DNA from: Planctomycetota bacterium
Lineage (GTDB): Bacteria > Planctomycetota > GCA-002687715 > CAIWVZ01
DNA: 64,000 nucleotides
Reading direction: 5' to 3'
Assembly (NCBI GenBank): GCA_044222185.1
Contig: JBGANV010000001.1
Coordinates: 736,001-800,000 of the forward strand
Position 1 is the first letter of the stretch; every line of letters begins with the position of its first letter. A program made the translations under genes and the position numbers. The notes below the pieces were generated by a model. The model was not told the origin of the DNA. It did not search any database and saw nothing but the letters and a program-made list of their open reading frames with translations. This document shows positions 28,836-39,393 of the stretch, in pieces.

Positions 28836-29864
28836 GTGGACCCCGATAGCGCCAAGAACCGCCCGAACGACGTCCGCACGGTCTCCGGCGATCCGCCGGC
28901 GGCCCCCCGCGCGACCCGACGCCGACCGACCATCGTCCGTCCGAGCGAATGGATGAGGGACGAGGCGCCGGCTTCGGGCACGGATCGCTATCTCGTCGAT
29001 TTTCGCGCGCTCGAACCCTTCGAGGCGAACGCCGTCGAAGACCTCCGTCGCGTCGAGGGGCTCGATCGCTGGGAGCCGACGGCCTACGAGGAGCGCTACC
29101 TCCCAGGCCTGCGACTCGCTGGGATCGAGGACAAGGAGGGCGCGTGCCTGCAGAACGTCGCGGACCTGCACATGCACACGCAGTGGTCCGACGGCGACGA
29201 TCTCGATCGGGTGCTGGCCGCCGCGCAGGCCGAGCAACTCGACGTCATCGCGATCACGGACCATGACGAGATCGAAGGCGCTCTGGAGGCCCGGCGCCGG
29301 GTCCACGAACGACGGCTGAAAGTCGCTGTGATTCCAGGCGTGGAGGTTTCGTCCAAGGACGGCCACATCGGCGCCTTGTTCGTCACGCGCCCCATCCAGA
29401 AGGGCCTCAGCGCAGCGGAGACCGTCGATCGGATCCACGAAGCGGGCGGGCTCGCGATCGCGCATCACCCGTTCGTGCCACCGTTGATCGAGAAGCTCCT
29501 GCGCGTGAAGCTCGGATGTCGCGACCTTTTGCACAGCGTCCCGTTCGATGCGATCGAATGCACGAACGCAGTGCCTGGGTACGGCCGTGCCTACAACATG
29601 GCAGCCTGGAAGGCGCTGCGGCAGCGAAGCGTGCGAATCGGCATGACGGGGAGCAGCGACGCCCACTCGGCGCGGCTCGTGGGGAAGGGGCGGACCTACT
29701 TCGCCGGCAACCGCGGAGTACGGTCGCTCCATTCGGCGATCCGCAATGGCTTCGTGCACGGCGCCGAGGGGTATTGGACGCTCTCGGAGTCGTTGCACTA
29801 CCGCTGGACGCTCGCCAAGGCGATCGTCCGGAACGCGCTGCGGCGTCGCGGTTCGGTCAACTGA
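28836..29864 (+). CDS. PHP domain phosphoesterase
   Basis: DLHMHTQWSDG, AITDHD, IPGVEVSSKDGH, IAHHPF, GSSDAH; start uncertain. Confidence 0.85.
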   Translation: MDPDSAKNRPNDVRTVSGDPPAAPRATRRRPTIVRPSEWMRDEAPASGTDRYLVDFRALEPFEANAVEDLRRVEGLDRWEPTAYEERYLPGLRLAGIEDKEGACLQNVADLHMHTQWSDGDDLDRVLAAAQAEQLDVIAITDHDEIEGALEARRRVHERRLKVAVIPGVEVSSKDGHIGALFVTRPIQKGLSAAETVDRIHEAGGLAIAHHPFVPPLIEKLLRVKLGCRDLLHSVPFDAIECTNAVPGYGRAYNMAAWKALRQRSVRIGMTGSSDAHSARLVGKGRTYFAGNRGVRSLHSAIRNGFVHGAEGYWTLSESLHYRWTLAKAIVRNALRRRGSVN

Positions 29865-29879
29865 CGGGAGCGCCGCGCG

Positions 29880-30281
29880 TCACTCGTGAAAGCCCAGGAC
29901 GACGAGGAGGCACGGTCCGCCGGCGATCACGGACAGTCCGAGTTCGCGGGCCCGGTCGACGGCCTTCTGGCTCTCCGCGCCGGGTTGCATCCACAGGCGC
30001 CTGATCCCCGCGGCATGGGCCTGCTCCACCAGCGATTCAGTGACTGCTGGCGGCGTGATGATCGACAGCCCCCAGACGGGTTCGGGAAGTGCCGCGAGCG
30101 CCGGCACGGCCTTCACCCCTTCGACGAGCGTTTCCTTCGGATGTACGGCGAAGGCCCGGCGTCCGTGTTGCAGATAGCAGCGGAGGACCTTGTTGCCGTA
30201 TTTCGACCGGTCGTTCGACGCGCCGGCGACCGCGTAGACGGAACCGGCGAGGAAGTCCGCGATGGGCTCGGGGAGGCTCAT
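29880..30281 (-). CDS. CoA-binding protein (YccU-like)
   Basis: AVAGASNDRSKYGNKV, WMQPGAES, GPCLLV; ATGA overlap with the upstream stop. Confidence 0.88.
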   Translation of the reverse strand: MSLPEPIADFLAGSVYAVAGASNDRSKYGNKVLRCYLQHGRRAFAVHPKETLVEGVKAVPALAALPEPVWGLSIITPPAVTESLVEQAHAAGIRRLWMQPGAESQKAVDRARELGLSVIAGGPCLLVVLGFHE

Positions 30282-30931
30282 GTCGGTCGGCTCCTCAATT
30301 CGTCGAGCGCCGCGCGAAGCTCCTTGACCTCGGTCTCGAGCCGATCGAGTCGCTCGAGGACGGAGGCGACTCCGGGGACGGTTGCCGCCGCCGGCGCGGC
30401 GGGCGTCGGCACGTGCGCCGTCGGCGTCGTGCCGGGTACGTCCGGCGCGAGCGTCTGCGCGTAACGGTCGGCGCGTTCGCCGGACTGTCGCCCGAGGTTC
30501 ACGATCAGCGGCGGGAGGCGCTTGCCCAGCTCGTCGATGATCTGCATGAGGGATTCGTGCGAGGGGATCGCAGCCATTCGGGCCGCGCGTGTGCGAAGTT
30601 CGCCGGGCTGCTGCGGCCCGCGCAAGAGAAGTTCGGCTATGACCGCCAGCTCCTGCGGGTTGAGCCCGATCCGCTCGTCGAGGCGGTGGCGCCATTTCCG
30701 GACCCGGCCGTGGCCTTCCACGTACGTCACCCACTTCTTCTCGAAGAGGGCCCTCAGCGCCCCATCAACCTGGAACTCCTGGTAGTCCGTGACCGGGTCC
30801 CGGTTGTTCTTCTGGTTGCAGCCGGCGACCAGTGCGTTGGTCGTCATGGGGTAATAGTCCGGGGTCGAGAGTGCCTTCTCGATGAGGACGCCCACGATGC
30901 GGCGTTCGGTCGGGTCGAAGTCTCCGTCCAC
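30278..30931 (-). CDS. DUF480/YceH family protein
   Basis: ERRIVGVLIEKALSTPDYYPMTTNALVAGCNQKNNRDPV, LLLRGPQQPGELRTRA, C-terminal coiled coil; GTG start with AGAGGA SD. Confidence 0.9.
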   Translation of the reverse strand: MDGDFDPTERRIVGVLIEKALSTPDYYPMTTNALVAGCNQKNNRDPVTDYQEFQVDGALRALFEKKWVTYVEGHGRVRKWRHRLDERIGLNPQELAVIAELLLRGPQQPGELRTRAARMAAIPSHESLMQIIDELGKRLPPLIVNLGRQSGERADRYAQTLAPDVPGTTPTAHVPTPAAPAAATVPGVASVLERLDRLETEVKELRAALDELRSRPT

Positions 30932-31071
30932 GAGTGATGCTCCTCTTTCGCAGTGGCGCACTGTAGCGACCTCGAAGCGACTGCAGGAGACTCGGGGCAT
31001 TCCTCAGTTGACCGGATCCAGTGTGGGCGATTACCCTGCCGCCCCATGATCGATCACTCGAGGGATATTGG

Positions 31072-32412
31072 ATGAGCGAACCGAGCCTGCGTCGCACCCT
31101 GGGCCCCGTCAGCGCGATCATGATCACGGTCGGCAGCGTGATCGGTTCGGGCATCTTCTTGAAGCCGCTGGAGATCTCCCAAGCGCTGCCGACGACCGGA
31201 TGGATGTACGCCGTCTGGGCCGGACTGGGGCTCGTGTGCCTGTTCGGAGCGTTCGCCTACGCGGAGCTCGGCGCCATGATCCCGGAGGCGGGAGGCCAGT
31301 ACGCGTTCCTCCGCGCTTCCTACGGCCCATTCGTCTCGTTCCTCTACGGGTGGGTCCTGCTGCTGGTGATCAACAGCGGGACGGCCACGGCGCTCGCCTA
31401 CGCGTTCGGCGACCAGATCATCGCGATGACTGGGATGGGCGCTGGAACCAAGCCGTACATCGCCTGCGCGATGATCCTCTTGTTGGCCGCCGTCAACCAT
31501 TTCGGCGTCAGCTGGGGCGCGTGGCTCCAGAACACGTCCACGTTCGCAAAGCTCGCGGCGCTCGCGGCGATCGTCGTCGGCGGACTGCTCTTCGGAAAGA
31601 CGTCGTCCGCTCCCGTCGCGCCGGTGGCCCCTTCGAAGGACCTCATCGACGGCATCGTCGCCGCGTCCGTCGCCGTATTCTGGGCCTACGAAGGCTGGTA
31701 TCAGTTGCCGTTCAGCGCGGGAGAGCTCAAGAAGCCGGAGCGCGACCTGCCCCTCGGCCTGCTGTGGGGCATGGTCATTCTCGTCCTCACCTACGTCTCG
31801 GTGAACGCCATCTATCTCCACTACGTCCCACCCGACGAGATGCGCGGCCTCGCGCACGACGTGGACGTTCCGACTCTCGTACTCACGCGCTGCTTTGGGC
31901 CTTCGGCGGGTTGGTGGCTCTCGGCCCTCATCTGCCTTTCCGTCTTCGGGTGCGCGAACCCGAACTTCCTCTCGACTCCGCGCGCCATCTGGGCCATGTC
32001 GAAGGAGGGAGCGCTTCCGAAGATCTTCCAGGCGGTCCATCCCAAGTATCAGACGCCTTGGTTCGCGATCTGGAGCCAGGCCGCCTGGGCCATCGTGCTC
32101 GTGCTGCTCTTCGACACGTTCAAGGACGTCACGGTCTACGTCGTCTTCGCGTCGCTCCTCTTCTACGCGCTCACCGTCTTCAGCGTGTACCTGCAGCGGG
32201 CGCGGAACCCGGATCGGCCGCGCCCGTTCCGCTGTTTCGGCTACCCGTTCACGCCAGCCGTGTTCATCATCGTGGCTCTGTTCGTCGACGTGAAAACGTT
32301 GTTCGATCCGACGGAGCAGAGGAACGCGCTGATCGGACTCGCCATCATCGCGTCAGGCGTTCCTGTGTACTTCCTCGGACGCATGGCGTCTAAAGCCCCA
32401 TCTCCTTCATGA
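31072..32412 (+). CDS. APC-family amino acid permease
   Basis: GSVIGSGIF, YAELGAMIPEAGGQYAFL, WAYEGW, ELKKPERDLP, HPKYQTP; about 12 hydrophobic segments. Confidence 0.92.
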   Translation: MSEPSLRRTLGPVSAIMITVGSVIGSGIFLKPLEISQALPTTGWMYAVWAGLGLVCLFGAFAYAELGAMIPEAGGQYAFLRASYGPFVSFLYGWVLLLVINSGTATALAYAFGDQIIAMTGMGAGTKPYIACAMILLLAAVNHFGVSWGAWLQNTSTFAKLAALAAIVVGGLLFGKTSSAPVAPVAPSKDLIDGIVAASVAVFWAYEGWYQLPFSAGELKKPERDLPLGLLWGMVILVLTYVSVNAIYLHYVPPDEMRGLAHDVDVPTLVLTRCFGPSAGWWLSALICLSVFGCANPNFLSTPRAIWAMSKEGALPKIFQAVHPKYQTPWFAIWSQAAWAIVLVLLFDTFKDVTVYVVFASLLFYALTVFSVYLQRARNPDRPRPFRCFGYPFTPAVFIIVALFVDVKTLFDPTEQRNALIGLAIIASGVPVYFLGRMASKAPSPS

Positions 32413-34504
32413 GATGCGGGGCCGGGATCACGCTCTCGAGGAACCACGCGATGTAGCGGATGTCGACGCTCACGTTGCGTGAGCGGTCGGCATTCCAGCC
32501 GAAGTCGCCGGCGACGGCTTCGAAGACGCGATCGAAATTGAGGCCCACCAACTCGCCCTTGCCGTTGATGACCGGCGATCCCGAGTTGCCCCCAGTCGTG
32601 TCCGCGTCCGACAGGAAGCAAACGGGCACGTCACCGAGCCTGGCATCGACGAACCGACTCGTCTTGCGCGACTCCGCCGCGGCCAGCTGTGCCGGGGCAC
32701 ACTCGAATGGCTCCTTCCCGGTGGCCTTCGCCAGCAACCCGGCGACGGTCGTCTGCGCCGTGTTCATCACGCCATCTCGCGGCGAGTAGCTCCGCACGGT
32801 GGCGATCGACACACGGAGCGTCGAGTTCGCGTCGGGGTAGAACTGGGTCCCGCGCCACGCCTGTTGCGCGGCGATCCACTTGCGACCCACGTCGAGACGG
32901 CGCCCCTCGGCGAGCTTCTGGCGGGCCTGCATGGCCCGACGCTCCCGCGCCAGGCCCCGAGCCAGCTTGATCAGCGGATCCTCGCTCGCTTTCAGCGCCT
33001 CCTGGCCGCCGCGGAACAGTTCGCCGCGTGCGGCGGGGTCCGTCATCTTGGTGCGCTTCAGGATGTCGGCCGCGATTTCGGCTCCGGTTCCCGTGGCAGA
33101 ACGGATCTCCTCGAGGCCTTCGACGACGTCGTCGGCCTTCAACCTGCGGGCCTCGTCGATGGCGATGGCAAAGATCGGAACCTGCACCTTCGCGAGGTCA
33201 CGCAACGCACGGTCCGCGGTCACGAGGCGCTGGATGCCGGCAGGAACGGGCCGACTCTCGGGGACCGCCGCGACGGCATCACAGCCTTCCACCAGCGACG
33301 TGATCATCGGCAGCGTCTGCGACAGCATGGCGGAGATGACGAAGTCCTTCGTTCCGGTGGAGTTCACCGTGCGATCGAGGGTGATCATGTCCTGGAGAAC
33401 GGTGCCGAACTGGGCGCGGCGGTCCGGATCAGCCTCGATCCACTTGGAGAGCTCGGCTTCTTCCCGCTGGCGCACGGCGAGAGTGCCGTTGCGCGCGAGC
33501 CCCTTCACCATCCCGAGCGCGTTCTTCTGCGAATTCGCCAGCGACTTGATCGTCGTCGACAATTCGAGGGCCTTGGCTTCGTCGCCGAGTCCGGCAGCCT
33601 GGAGCACCTCGATCGTCTTCGTGAACACCTCGTAGCGCCGGGGGTAGATCTCGTTCTGTCGTGCCGCGATCGCCTCGGATGAGAGGTAGCGCTCGGTTCT
33701 GCCCGGGTATCCCATGACGACGACGAGGTCGCCTTCGGACACGCCCTTCGCGGAAACCTTGAGATGGTGCTCGGGCTTGAACGGCACGTTGTCCTTCGAA
33801 TAGGGCTTGGGCGTTCCGTCCGGGGCCACGTACGCACGGAAGAACATGAAGTCGCCGGTGTGCCGCGGCCATTCCCAGTTGTCGTCCTCGCCGCCGTACT
33901 CGCCGACGCTGCGTGGAGGTGCGTACACGAGCCGGACGTCCTGGATGCGCGTGCGATGGTAGAGGTGGTACTCGGTACCGTTCAGGAACGACGACACGCT
34001 GCAGACCGTGTTGGGCGCCTTCTGGCCTTCGGCCACGAGTCGCCCGATCTCGGCTTGGATGCGATCGACCCGGTCTGCGTCCGACGTGGCACCCTTCTCG
34101 ACGGCGCGGATCTTCTCCGTGATGTCTTCGATCCGTCGCACGATGAGGACCTGCATGCTCGCTGGCAGCTCGTCGGCGCGGGTCGCTGCCACGTAGCCAT
34201 TCTTCAGGTAGTTCCGCTCGGGCGTACTGAGTTTCTGGACCGCACCGAACCCGCAGTGGTGGTTCGTGACCACGAGACCCTCGGGCGAGCAGAAGGATGC
34301 CGTGCATCCGCCGATCTGCACCGTTGCCGACAGCACTCCGCCCTTCTCCGGATGCCAGAACTCGTCCTTCGTCAGTTCCATGCCGCGTGACTTGAGCTTT
34401 GCCCAGTCCATGTCGAGGACCTGTCGCGGCAGCCACTGACCCTCGTCGCGGACGGGTGAAAGCACGGCAAACAGGCTGAAGACCAATGGAATCGTGAGTT
34501 TCAT
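32390..34504 (-). CDS. S46 family dipeptidyl peptidase (DPP7/DPP11-like)
   Basis: DEGQWLP, GCTASF.SPEGLVVTNHHCG, DNWEWPRHTGDF, YPDANSTLRVS, TTGGNSGSPV, GLNFD. Confidence 0.95.
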   Translation of the reverse strand: MKLTIPLVFSLFAVLSPVRDEGQWLPRQVLDMDWAKLKSRGMELTKDEFWHPEKGGVLSATVQIGGCTASFCSPEGLVVTNHHCGFGAVQKLSTPERNYLKNGYVAATRADELPASMQVLIVRRIEDITEKIRAVEKGATSDADRVDRIQAEIGRLVAEGQKAPNTVCSVSSFLNGTEYHLYHRTRIQDVRLVYAPPRSVGEYGGEDDNWEWPRHTGDFMFFRAYVAPDGTPKPYSKDNVPFKPEHHLKVSAKGVSEGDLVVVMGYPGRTERYLSSEAIAARQNEIYPRRYEVFTKTIEVLQAAGLGDEAKALELSTTIKSLANSQKNALGMVKGLARNGTLAVRQREEAELSKWIEADPDRRAQFGTVLQDMITLDRTVNSTGTKDFVISAMLSQTLPMITSLVEGCDAVAAVPESRPVPAGIQRLVTADRALRDLAKVQVPIFAIAIDEARRLKADDVVEGLEEIRSATGTGAEIAADILKRTKMTDPAARGELFRGGQEALKASEDPLIKLARGLARERRAMQARQKLAEGRRLDVGRKWIAAQQAWRGTQFYPDANSTLRVSIATVRSYSPRDGVMNTAQTTVAGLLAKATGKEPFECAPAQLAAAESRKTSRFVDARLGDVPVCFLSDADTTGGNSGSPVINGKGELVGLNFDRVFEAVAGDFGWNADRSRNVSVDIRYIAWFLESVIPAPHLMKEMGL

Positions 34505-34646
34505 CGCGTGGTAGACCTCGGGCTCCTGGCGCCGGTCGACGGAGACCGGTGCGGTCGGGTTTGGTCGGGGATTCTATGCGGCGGCTCCAGCATTGCACCT
34601 GCGGTTCCGCGAGCCGACAATGCGCGGGCCGACCCGGAGGTTCGCG

Positions 34647-36050
34647 ATGTCACGACCCTTTGCACCTCTACGCCCCGACGAGGACCCGCTCGACCCGTTC
34701 ACCCCGACGACCGAGAACCCGTTCGATCGGCGGAAGGCGGCCCACCTGCTCCGCCGGTCGGGGTTCGGGGCGCCAGCGGCGGAGGTGGATCGCGCCCTCG
34801 AGGTCGGACTGACCACCACGATCGATTCGCTCGTCGCCCCGCGTCCCCAGGACGACCCGTTCGACGCGCTTCAAGCCGCCGTGCAGGGGACGATCCTCGA
34901 CTTCTCGAAGGTCGAGCAGGTTCGCACGTGGTGGCTCTACCGCATCCAGACCACGCGGCGTCCGCTGGAAGAGAAGCTGACGCTGTTCTGGCACAACCAC
35001 TTCGCGACCAGCATCTCGAAGGTCGACCGTGCCGAGATGATGTTCGCGCAGAATCAGACGTTCCGTTTGCATGCGCTCGGGCGATTCCGCGATCTCGTCC
35101 TCGCGATCAGCAAGGACCCGGCCATGCTGATCTGGCTGGACAGCAACACGAACAAGAAGGGCAAGCCCAACGAGAACTACGCCCGTGAACTCCTGGAGCT
35201 CTTCACCCTGGGGCAGGGACCTTACACAGAACGCGACGTCATGGAGGCTGCGCGCGCCTTCACCGGCTGGCACATGAGCAACGGAGCGTTCGAGTTCCGA
35301 GCCGGCGAGCACGACACCGGCGAGAAGACCGTCCTCGGGAGGAAGGGGCCGCTCGATGGCACGGACGTCGTGGACGTCGTCCTCGAGCACCCGGGTGCGG
35401 CGCAGTTCATCGCGCGGAAGATCTTCGTCGCCTTCTGCCACGAGGCTCCGGCGGAGAATCTCGTGGCGCGCCTCGCCGACGTGTTCCGGGCATCGGGCTA
35501 CTCGATCTCCGCCCTGATGAAGCGACTGCTGTCGTCCAAGGTCTTCTTTTCGCAGGCGGCGTGGCGCGGTGTCGTCAAATCGCCCGTCGAGTTCGTGATG
35601 GGGGCCGCGCGGGAATCGTCGGCGCAGTTCAGCCTGGCGGATTGCGCCCAGAGCCTGCGGCAGATGGGACAGGATCTCTTCAATCCTCCGACGGTGAAGG
35701 GTTGGGACGGCGGGCAGGAGTGGCTGAACTCGGCGACGGTGCTCGAACGGATGAACTTCGCGAAAACGCTCGCGCATGCGCGCAACCCCAAAGCGGGGAG
35801 CCGGACGGCCGTCGACGAGATCTGCGCGCGGGAGAAGTTCGCGACGCCCCAGGCGGCGGTGGCTTACTTCCTCCGCCTCCACGTCGATGACGACGTTCCG
35901 GACGAGACCCGGCGTGCGTTGACGAACTACCTCACGCAGGACGATGGCGAGAAGCCTCGCAAGTGGCTGACGTCGGGGCGGGGCTACGAGTCGAAGGTCC
36001 GCGGCTTGATCCACCTCGTGCTGTCCACGCCCGAATACCAGCTCTGCTGA
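34647..36050 (+). CDS. DUF1800 family protein
   Basis: GGAGG SD; AAHLLRRSGFG, EKLTLFWHNHFATS, DPAMLIWLD, PNENYARELLELFTLG, PPTVKGW, PEYQL. Confidence 0.92.
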   Translation: MSRPFAPLRPDEDPLDPFTPTTENPFDRRKAAHLLRRSGFGAPAAEVDRALEVGLTTTIDSLVAPRPQDDPFDALQAAVQGTILDFSKVEQVRTWWLYRIQTTRRPLEEKLTLFWHNHFATSISKVDRAEMMFAQNQTFRLHALGRFRDLVLAISKDPAMLIWLDSNTNKKGKPNENYARELLELFTLGQGPYTERDVMEAARAFTGWHMSNGAFEFRAGEHDTGEKTVLGRKGPLDGTDVVDVVLEHPGAAQFIARKIFVAFCHEAPAENLVARLADVFRASGYSISALMKRLLSSKVFFSQAAWRGVVKSPVEFVMGAARESSAQFSLADCAQSLRQMGQDLFNPPTVKGWDGGQEWLNSATVLERMNFAKTLAHARNPKAGSRTAVDEICAREKFATPQAAVAYFLRLHVDDDVPDETRRALTNYLTQDDGEKPRKWLTSGRGYESKVRGLIHLVLSTPEYQLC

Positions 36051-36069
36051 TCGGATCCGGAGTCACACC

Positions 36070-37434
36070 ATGATCACGCGACGGAGTTTCCTGAGGCAGT
36101 CGCTGGCAAGCGCCGCGTTCCTGAATCTCGCCGGCGCCGCTTCGCCGTTGCTCGCAAATGCAGCAAGCCTGGCCGGACGGCAGTCACTCCATTCGGACCT
36201 GCGACGACGGCTCGTGGTCGTGATCGTGCTCGGCGGCGGCAATGACGGACTGAACACCGTGATCCCGTACCGTGACGACGGGTACTACAAGCGCCGCCCG
36301 ACGATCGCGATCAAGCGGGAGAAGGTCCTGGCTCTGGACGATTCCGTCGGATTGCACCCGGCGCTCCGCCCGCTGCTCGAGCTGTACGACGACGGTCAGC
36401 TCGCCGTCGTGCAGGGCGTCGGCTATCCGCGTCCGTCGTACTCGCATTTCCAGTCGAACGACATCTGGATGACCGGTGACGTCCGCTACCCGTCACCGTT
36501 GGGATCGGGGTGGCTCGCGCGCGCCGTCACGGCGATCCCGTCGGCCGATCGGGGTCGCTTCGGCGCCATGGGGCTTGGAGCTCGGGCGTTGCCGCTCTCG
36601 CTGAAGAGCCCGGACCTCGTCGTGCCCGCCGTCGCCGCGTTCGACTCCTACAAGGTCCAGACGGACGACGATTCACGCTTCGACGCCAAGCTGGAACAGA
36701 CCATCCTCGCGGGCATGGCGAACCTCGAGCGGAAGGACGAAGCGAGCGGCGTGGCGTTCGCGCGCGGAGTGATGCGCGAGGCCCTGTCGAGCGTGGACGC
36801 CCTGCAGAAGGGCGTCGATCGCTACCAGGGGGGCGTGAGCTATCCGTCCACGGACCTCGGCCGCAAGCTCGCCATGGCCGCACGTGCCGTTGCCGCGGAT
36901 CTGGGCACGCGTGTGATCCAGGTCGGCTTCGGCGGATTCGACACGCATTCGGGCCAGCTCAACCAGCAAGAGCAACTCCTCGGGCAGCTCGCCAAGGCGA
37001 TTCCACCGTTCCTGGAGGACCTGCGGGCGCAGCATCGTGCCGATGACACGTTGATCGTCACCATGAGCGAGTTCGGGCGCCGCGTGGCGGAGAACGGCAG
37101 CGGCGGAACGGACCACGGGACGGCGGCACCGCTGTTCGTGATCGGGCCCGGGATCCAAGGCGGCGTGCACGGCGCTCACCCCTCGCTGACCGACCTCCAC
37201 GAGGACCGGGACCTCAAGTTCACGACCGACTTCCGTTCGGTCTATGCCGCGATCCTCGACGGGTGGCTCGGAGTGACGTCCGAGTCAGTGCTTGGCGGGC
37301 GCTACGTGCCCGTTCCGTTCCTCGCGAGTGCCGAGTCCCGGGTCACCAGTCGAAAACGTCCTGGATCGGAACGGAGCGACGACGATTCGGACGAGCCGAC
37401 CATCCCCCGAACGAGCGTCCGGCCGATCTTCTGA
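36070..37434 (+). CDS. DUF1501 family protein, Tat-exported
   Basis: TRRSFL Tat motif; LGGGNDGLNTVIPY, VGYPRPSYSHF, GGFDTH, SEFGRR..ENGSGGTDHG, DFRSVYA. Confidence 0.92.
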   Translation: MITRRSFLRQSLASAAFLNLAGAASPLLANAASLAGRQSLHSDLRRRLVVVIVLGGGNDGLNTVIPYRDDGYYKRRPTIAIKREKVLALDDSVGLHPALRPLLELYDDGQLAVVQGVGYPRPSYSHFQSNDIWMTGDVRYPSPLGSGWLARAVTAIPSADRGRFGAMGLGARALPLSLKSPDLVVPAVAAFDSYKVQTDDDSRFDAKLEQTILAGMANLERKDEASGVAFARGVMREALSSVDALQKGVDRYQGGVSYPSTDLGRKLAMAARAVAADLGTRVIQVGFGGFDTHSGQLNQQEQLLGQLAKAIPPFLEDLRAQHRADDTLIVTMSEFGRRVAENGSGGTDHGTAAPLFVIGPGIQGGVHGAHPSLTDLHEDRDLKFTTDFRSVYAAILDGWLGVTSESVLGGRYVPVPFLASAESRVTSRKRPGSERSDDDSDEPTIPRTSVRPIF

Positions 37435-37449
37435 CGCGCGGCCCTTCCG

Positions 37450-38730
37450 TCATTTGCGCGGCGCCAGCTCGGCGAGGAGCTTGTTCGCGACGCGCGTCGC
37501 TCGCTCATCGGTCGTGAGCGTCAGCACGCGCCGCAGGTGTGGCTCGAGAAACCGGTCGAGCGAGTAGATCCGCTCGAGCGCTTCCTTCATCTCGCGCGGC
37601 TCGGCGGACGTCGCCGCGACGAGGTCGCGGATGAGCCCCTGCTCGGCCTCCGGCGTCATGTACTCGAGTCGGCCGACGAGCACTCGCACGAGGGCGTCGG
37701 GCTTGGGCTGGATCTCGAGGGGGAGCAGACCATCGACCAATGCGCGAGGCACGAGGTACAGGAAGCGTGTTCCTTCGGTGCCGAACCATTGGCGAGCCCA
37801 CGTCGCCACCATGGCTTCGGCTTCGTCGCCGAAAAGCCCCTGCTCGACGAGCGCATGCTTGACGACGACCTTGAGGCCTTCGATCACGCCGGCCTTCGGG
37901 CCATGCTTCGACTCGGCCCAGTTCGCCTCAACGCTCCCGTGCGCCGGCACGGTGCCGAGGGCCGCAAAGCTCCCGCTCGCACCGCGGATCGTGAGAGCGA
38001 AGCAGGCGGGAATCGGCTGATCACCCGAATTCGAGAAGCGCGAACGACCTTCGGCCTTCGATTCGACCGACACAGGCAACGTGAACGTCCCGAGGCCCCG
38101 ATAGAAGAGGTAGTGCTCGGACTCCACCGGTCCCATGCGGTGCTCGCCGGATCGCGGCTGCGTCCGCACCATGGCGGCGTCGACGCGGCGCGCCAGTTCC
38201 CAAGGCTCGCCCTCGCCGACGACTGGCGGCGCGGGAGTGACGTCCTTCTTCTGGGGCAGAAGGTCGACGTCCCATTCGAGGAACGACCGCTTCACGCTCG
38301 CGATGTCGAGCGGTCCGTCCTTGCGCTCGTTCTCCGGCGGTCCCACCAGGTTGCTGACCGGGAACCACTGCGTGAGCAGGCCGCCGACGAAGTCCACGCG
38401 CACGCGAGCCTTGCGGGGCGTCTTCGTGTGGAAATAGATGACCGGCGTTTCCATCTTCTGCGTGACGTGCTCGGCGGGAACCTCCAGGCCCTTGTAGCCG
38501 TAGCTGCGCAGCGGGCACTCGCGGATCTTCGTGCGCGAGTAGACGAAGGACGGAAGCGGTTCCTCCTCGTGCTGGAGCCCTTCCAGGCTGGTGCCCGTGG
38601 AGCCTTGGACCGATGTGAAGGTTCCCCATTCGTGAACGACGAAGGGGTCGGCGGCCTGCTGCGGAGCCTGAGCGACGAGGAGGCCCGCCGCAGCCGTGAT
38701 GCAAAGGGCGATTCGAAGCTTGTGACGCAT
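37450..38730 (-). CDS. Conserved hypothetical exported protein (VHEWGTFTS motif)
   Basis: Signal ending LVA-Q; VHEWGTFTS, KMETPVIYF, GGLLTQWFP, YLFYRGLG, GLFGDEAEAMVATW, RVLVGRLE. Confidence 0.8.
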   Translation of the reverse strand: MRHKLRIALCITAAAGLLVAQAPQQAADPFVVHEWGTFTSVQGSTGTSLEGLQHEEEPLPSFVYSRTKIRECPLRSYGYKGLEVPAEHVTQKMETPVIYFHTKTPRKARVRVDFVGGLLTQWFPVSNLVGPPENERKDGPLDIASVKRSFLEWDVDLLPQKKDVTPAPPVVGEGEPWELARRVDAAMVRTQPRSGEHRMGPVESEHYLFYRGLGTFTLPVSVESKAEGRSRFSNSGDQPIPACFALTIRGASGSFAALGTVPAHGSVEANWAESKHGPKAGVIEGLKVVVKHALVEQGLFGDEAEAMVATWARQWFGTEGTRFLYLVPRALVDGLLPLEIQPKPDALVRVLVGRLEYMTPEAEQGLIRDLVAATSAEPREMKEALERIYSLDRFLEPHLRRVLTLTTDERATRVANKLLAELAPRK

Positions 38731-38805
38731 GCTGGTTTCTCCATGGGCGACGGACGAGTTCGCCACCGCCAATACGGACGCGCCGGCTGGAGGACCGTTA
38801 TCCGC

Positions 38806-39315
38806 TCAGGCCCTCGGAGCGGCGGCGGGTTTCCGCCGGGACGGCAACCAGGCGAGCAGCGTTCCGAGGACGAACGTCCACACGAAGCCCGCGAACGACG
38901 TGAGGAGCGCGAGGGTTCCGGCGGCGCCCAGCTTCTCGATCGTGGTCGTGCCGAGCTTGGGCCCTCGCTTCTCGGGTGTGAAGCGACCGAACGTCCAACC
39001 CTGGAACTGAGCGGTTCCGTAGGTGATGAGATTGGGAAGTCCCCAGACGAGGAGTGCGATGAGCAGACAGGCGAGGGCGAACCGGCCGAAGGACACTCCC
39101 GCGAACGTCCGACGGATCCCCGCCACGAGGTAGACGATCGGCATGACGTAATAGACGCCACCCAGCCAGAACGGCATGAGGAATTTGTCTTCGTGGAAGT
39201 GTTCCGCGGCGACCTGAGGCCGGCCGGCCGCGTACAGGTCGAAGCCGAAGCGGATTGCGGCGACGATCCACCCGATGAAGACGATCCAGCGGACGCGTGA
39301 CCAGAGTGACGGCAT
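38806..39315 (-). CDS. Hypothetical membrane protein (about 4 TM)
   Basis: GGGAGA SD; four hydrophobic stretches. Confidence 0.7.
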   Translation of the reverse strand: MPSLWSRVRWIVFIGWIVAAIRFGFDLYAAGRPQVAAEHFHEDKFLMPFWLGGVYYVMPIVYLVAGIRRTFAGVSFGRFALACLLIALLVWGLPNLITYGTAQFQGWTFGRFTPEKRGPKLGTTTIEKLGAAGTLALLTSFAGFVWTFVLGTLLAWLPSRRKPAAAPRA

Positions 39316-39393
39316 GATGTGTTCTCCCGGTTCGTTATGTGGGACGGCACGATACACGTCCCGGGAGACAGCCACTCGCGGATCGGGCGCCGC

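Noticed and set aside
19264-32412. Convergent 3' overlaps (19264-19277 and 32390-32412)
   Set aside because: Short tail-to-tail overlaps are common in compact GC-rich genomes.
34647-37434. DUF1800-DUF1501 pair as a novel system
   Set aside because: Function unknown, but the pair is widespread and already well noted.
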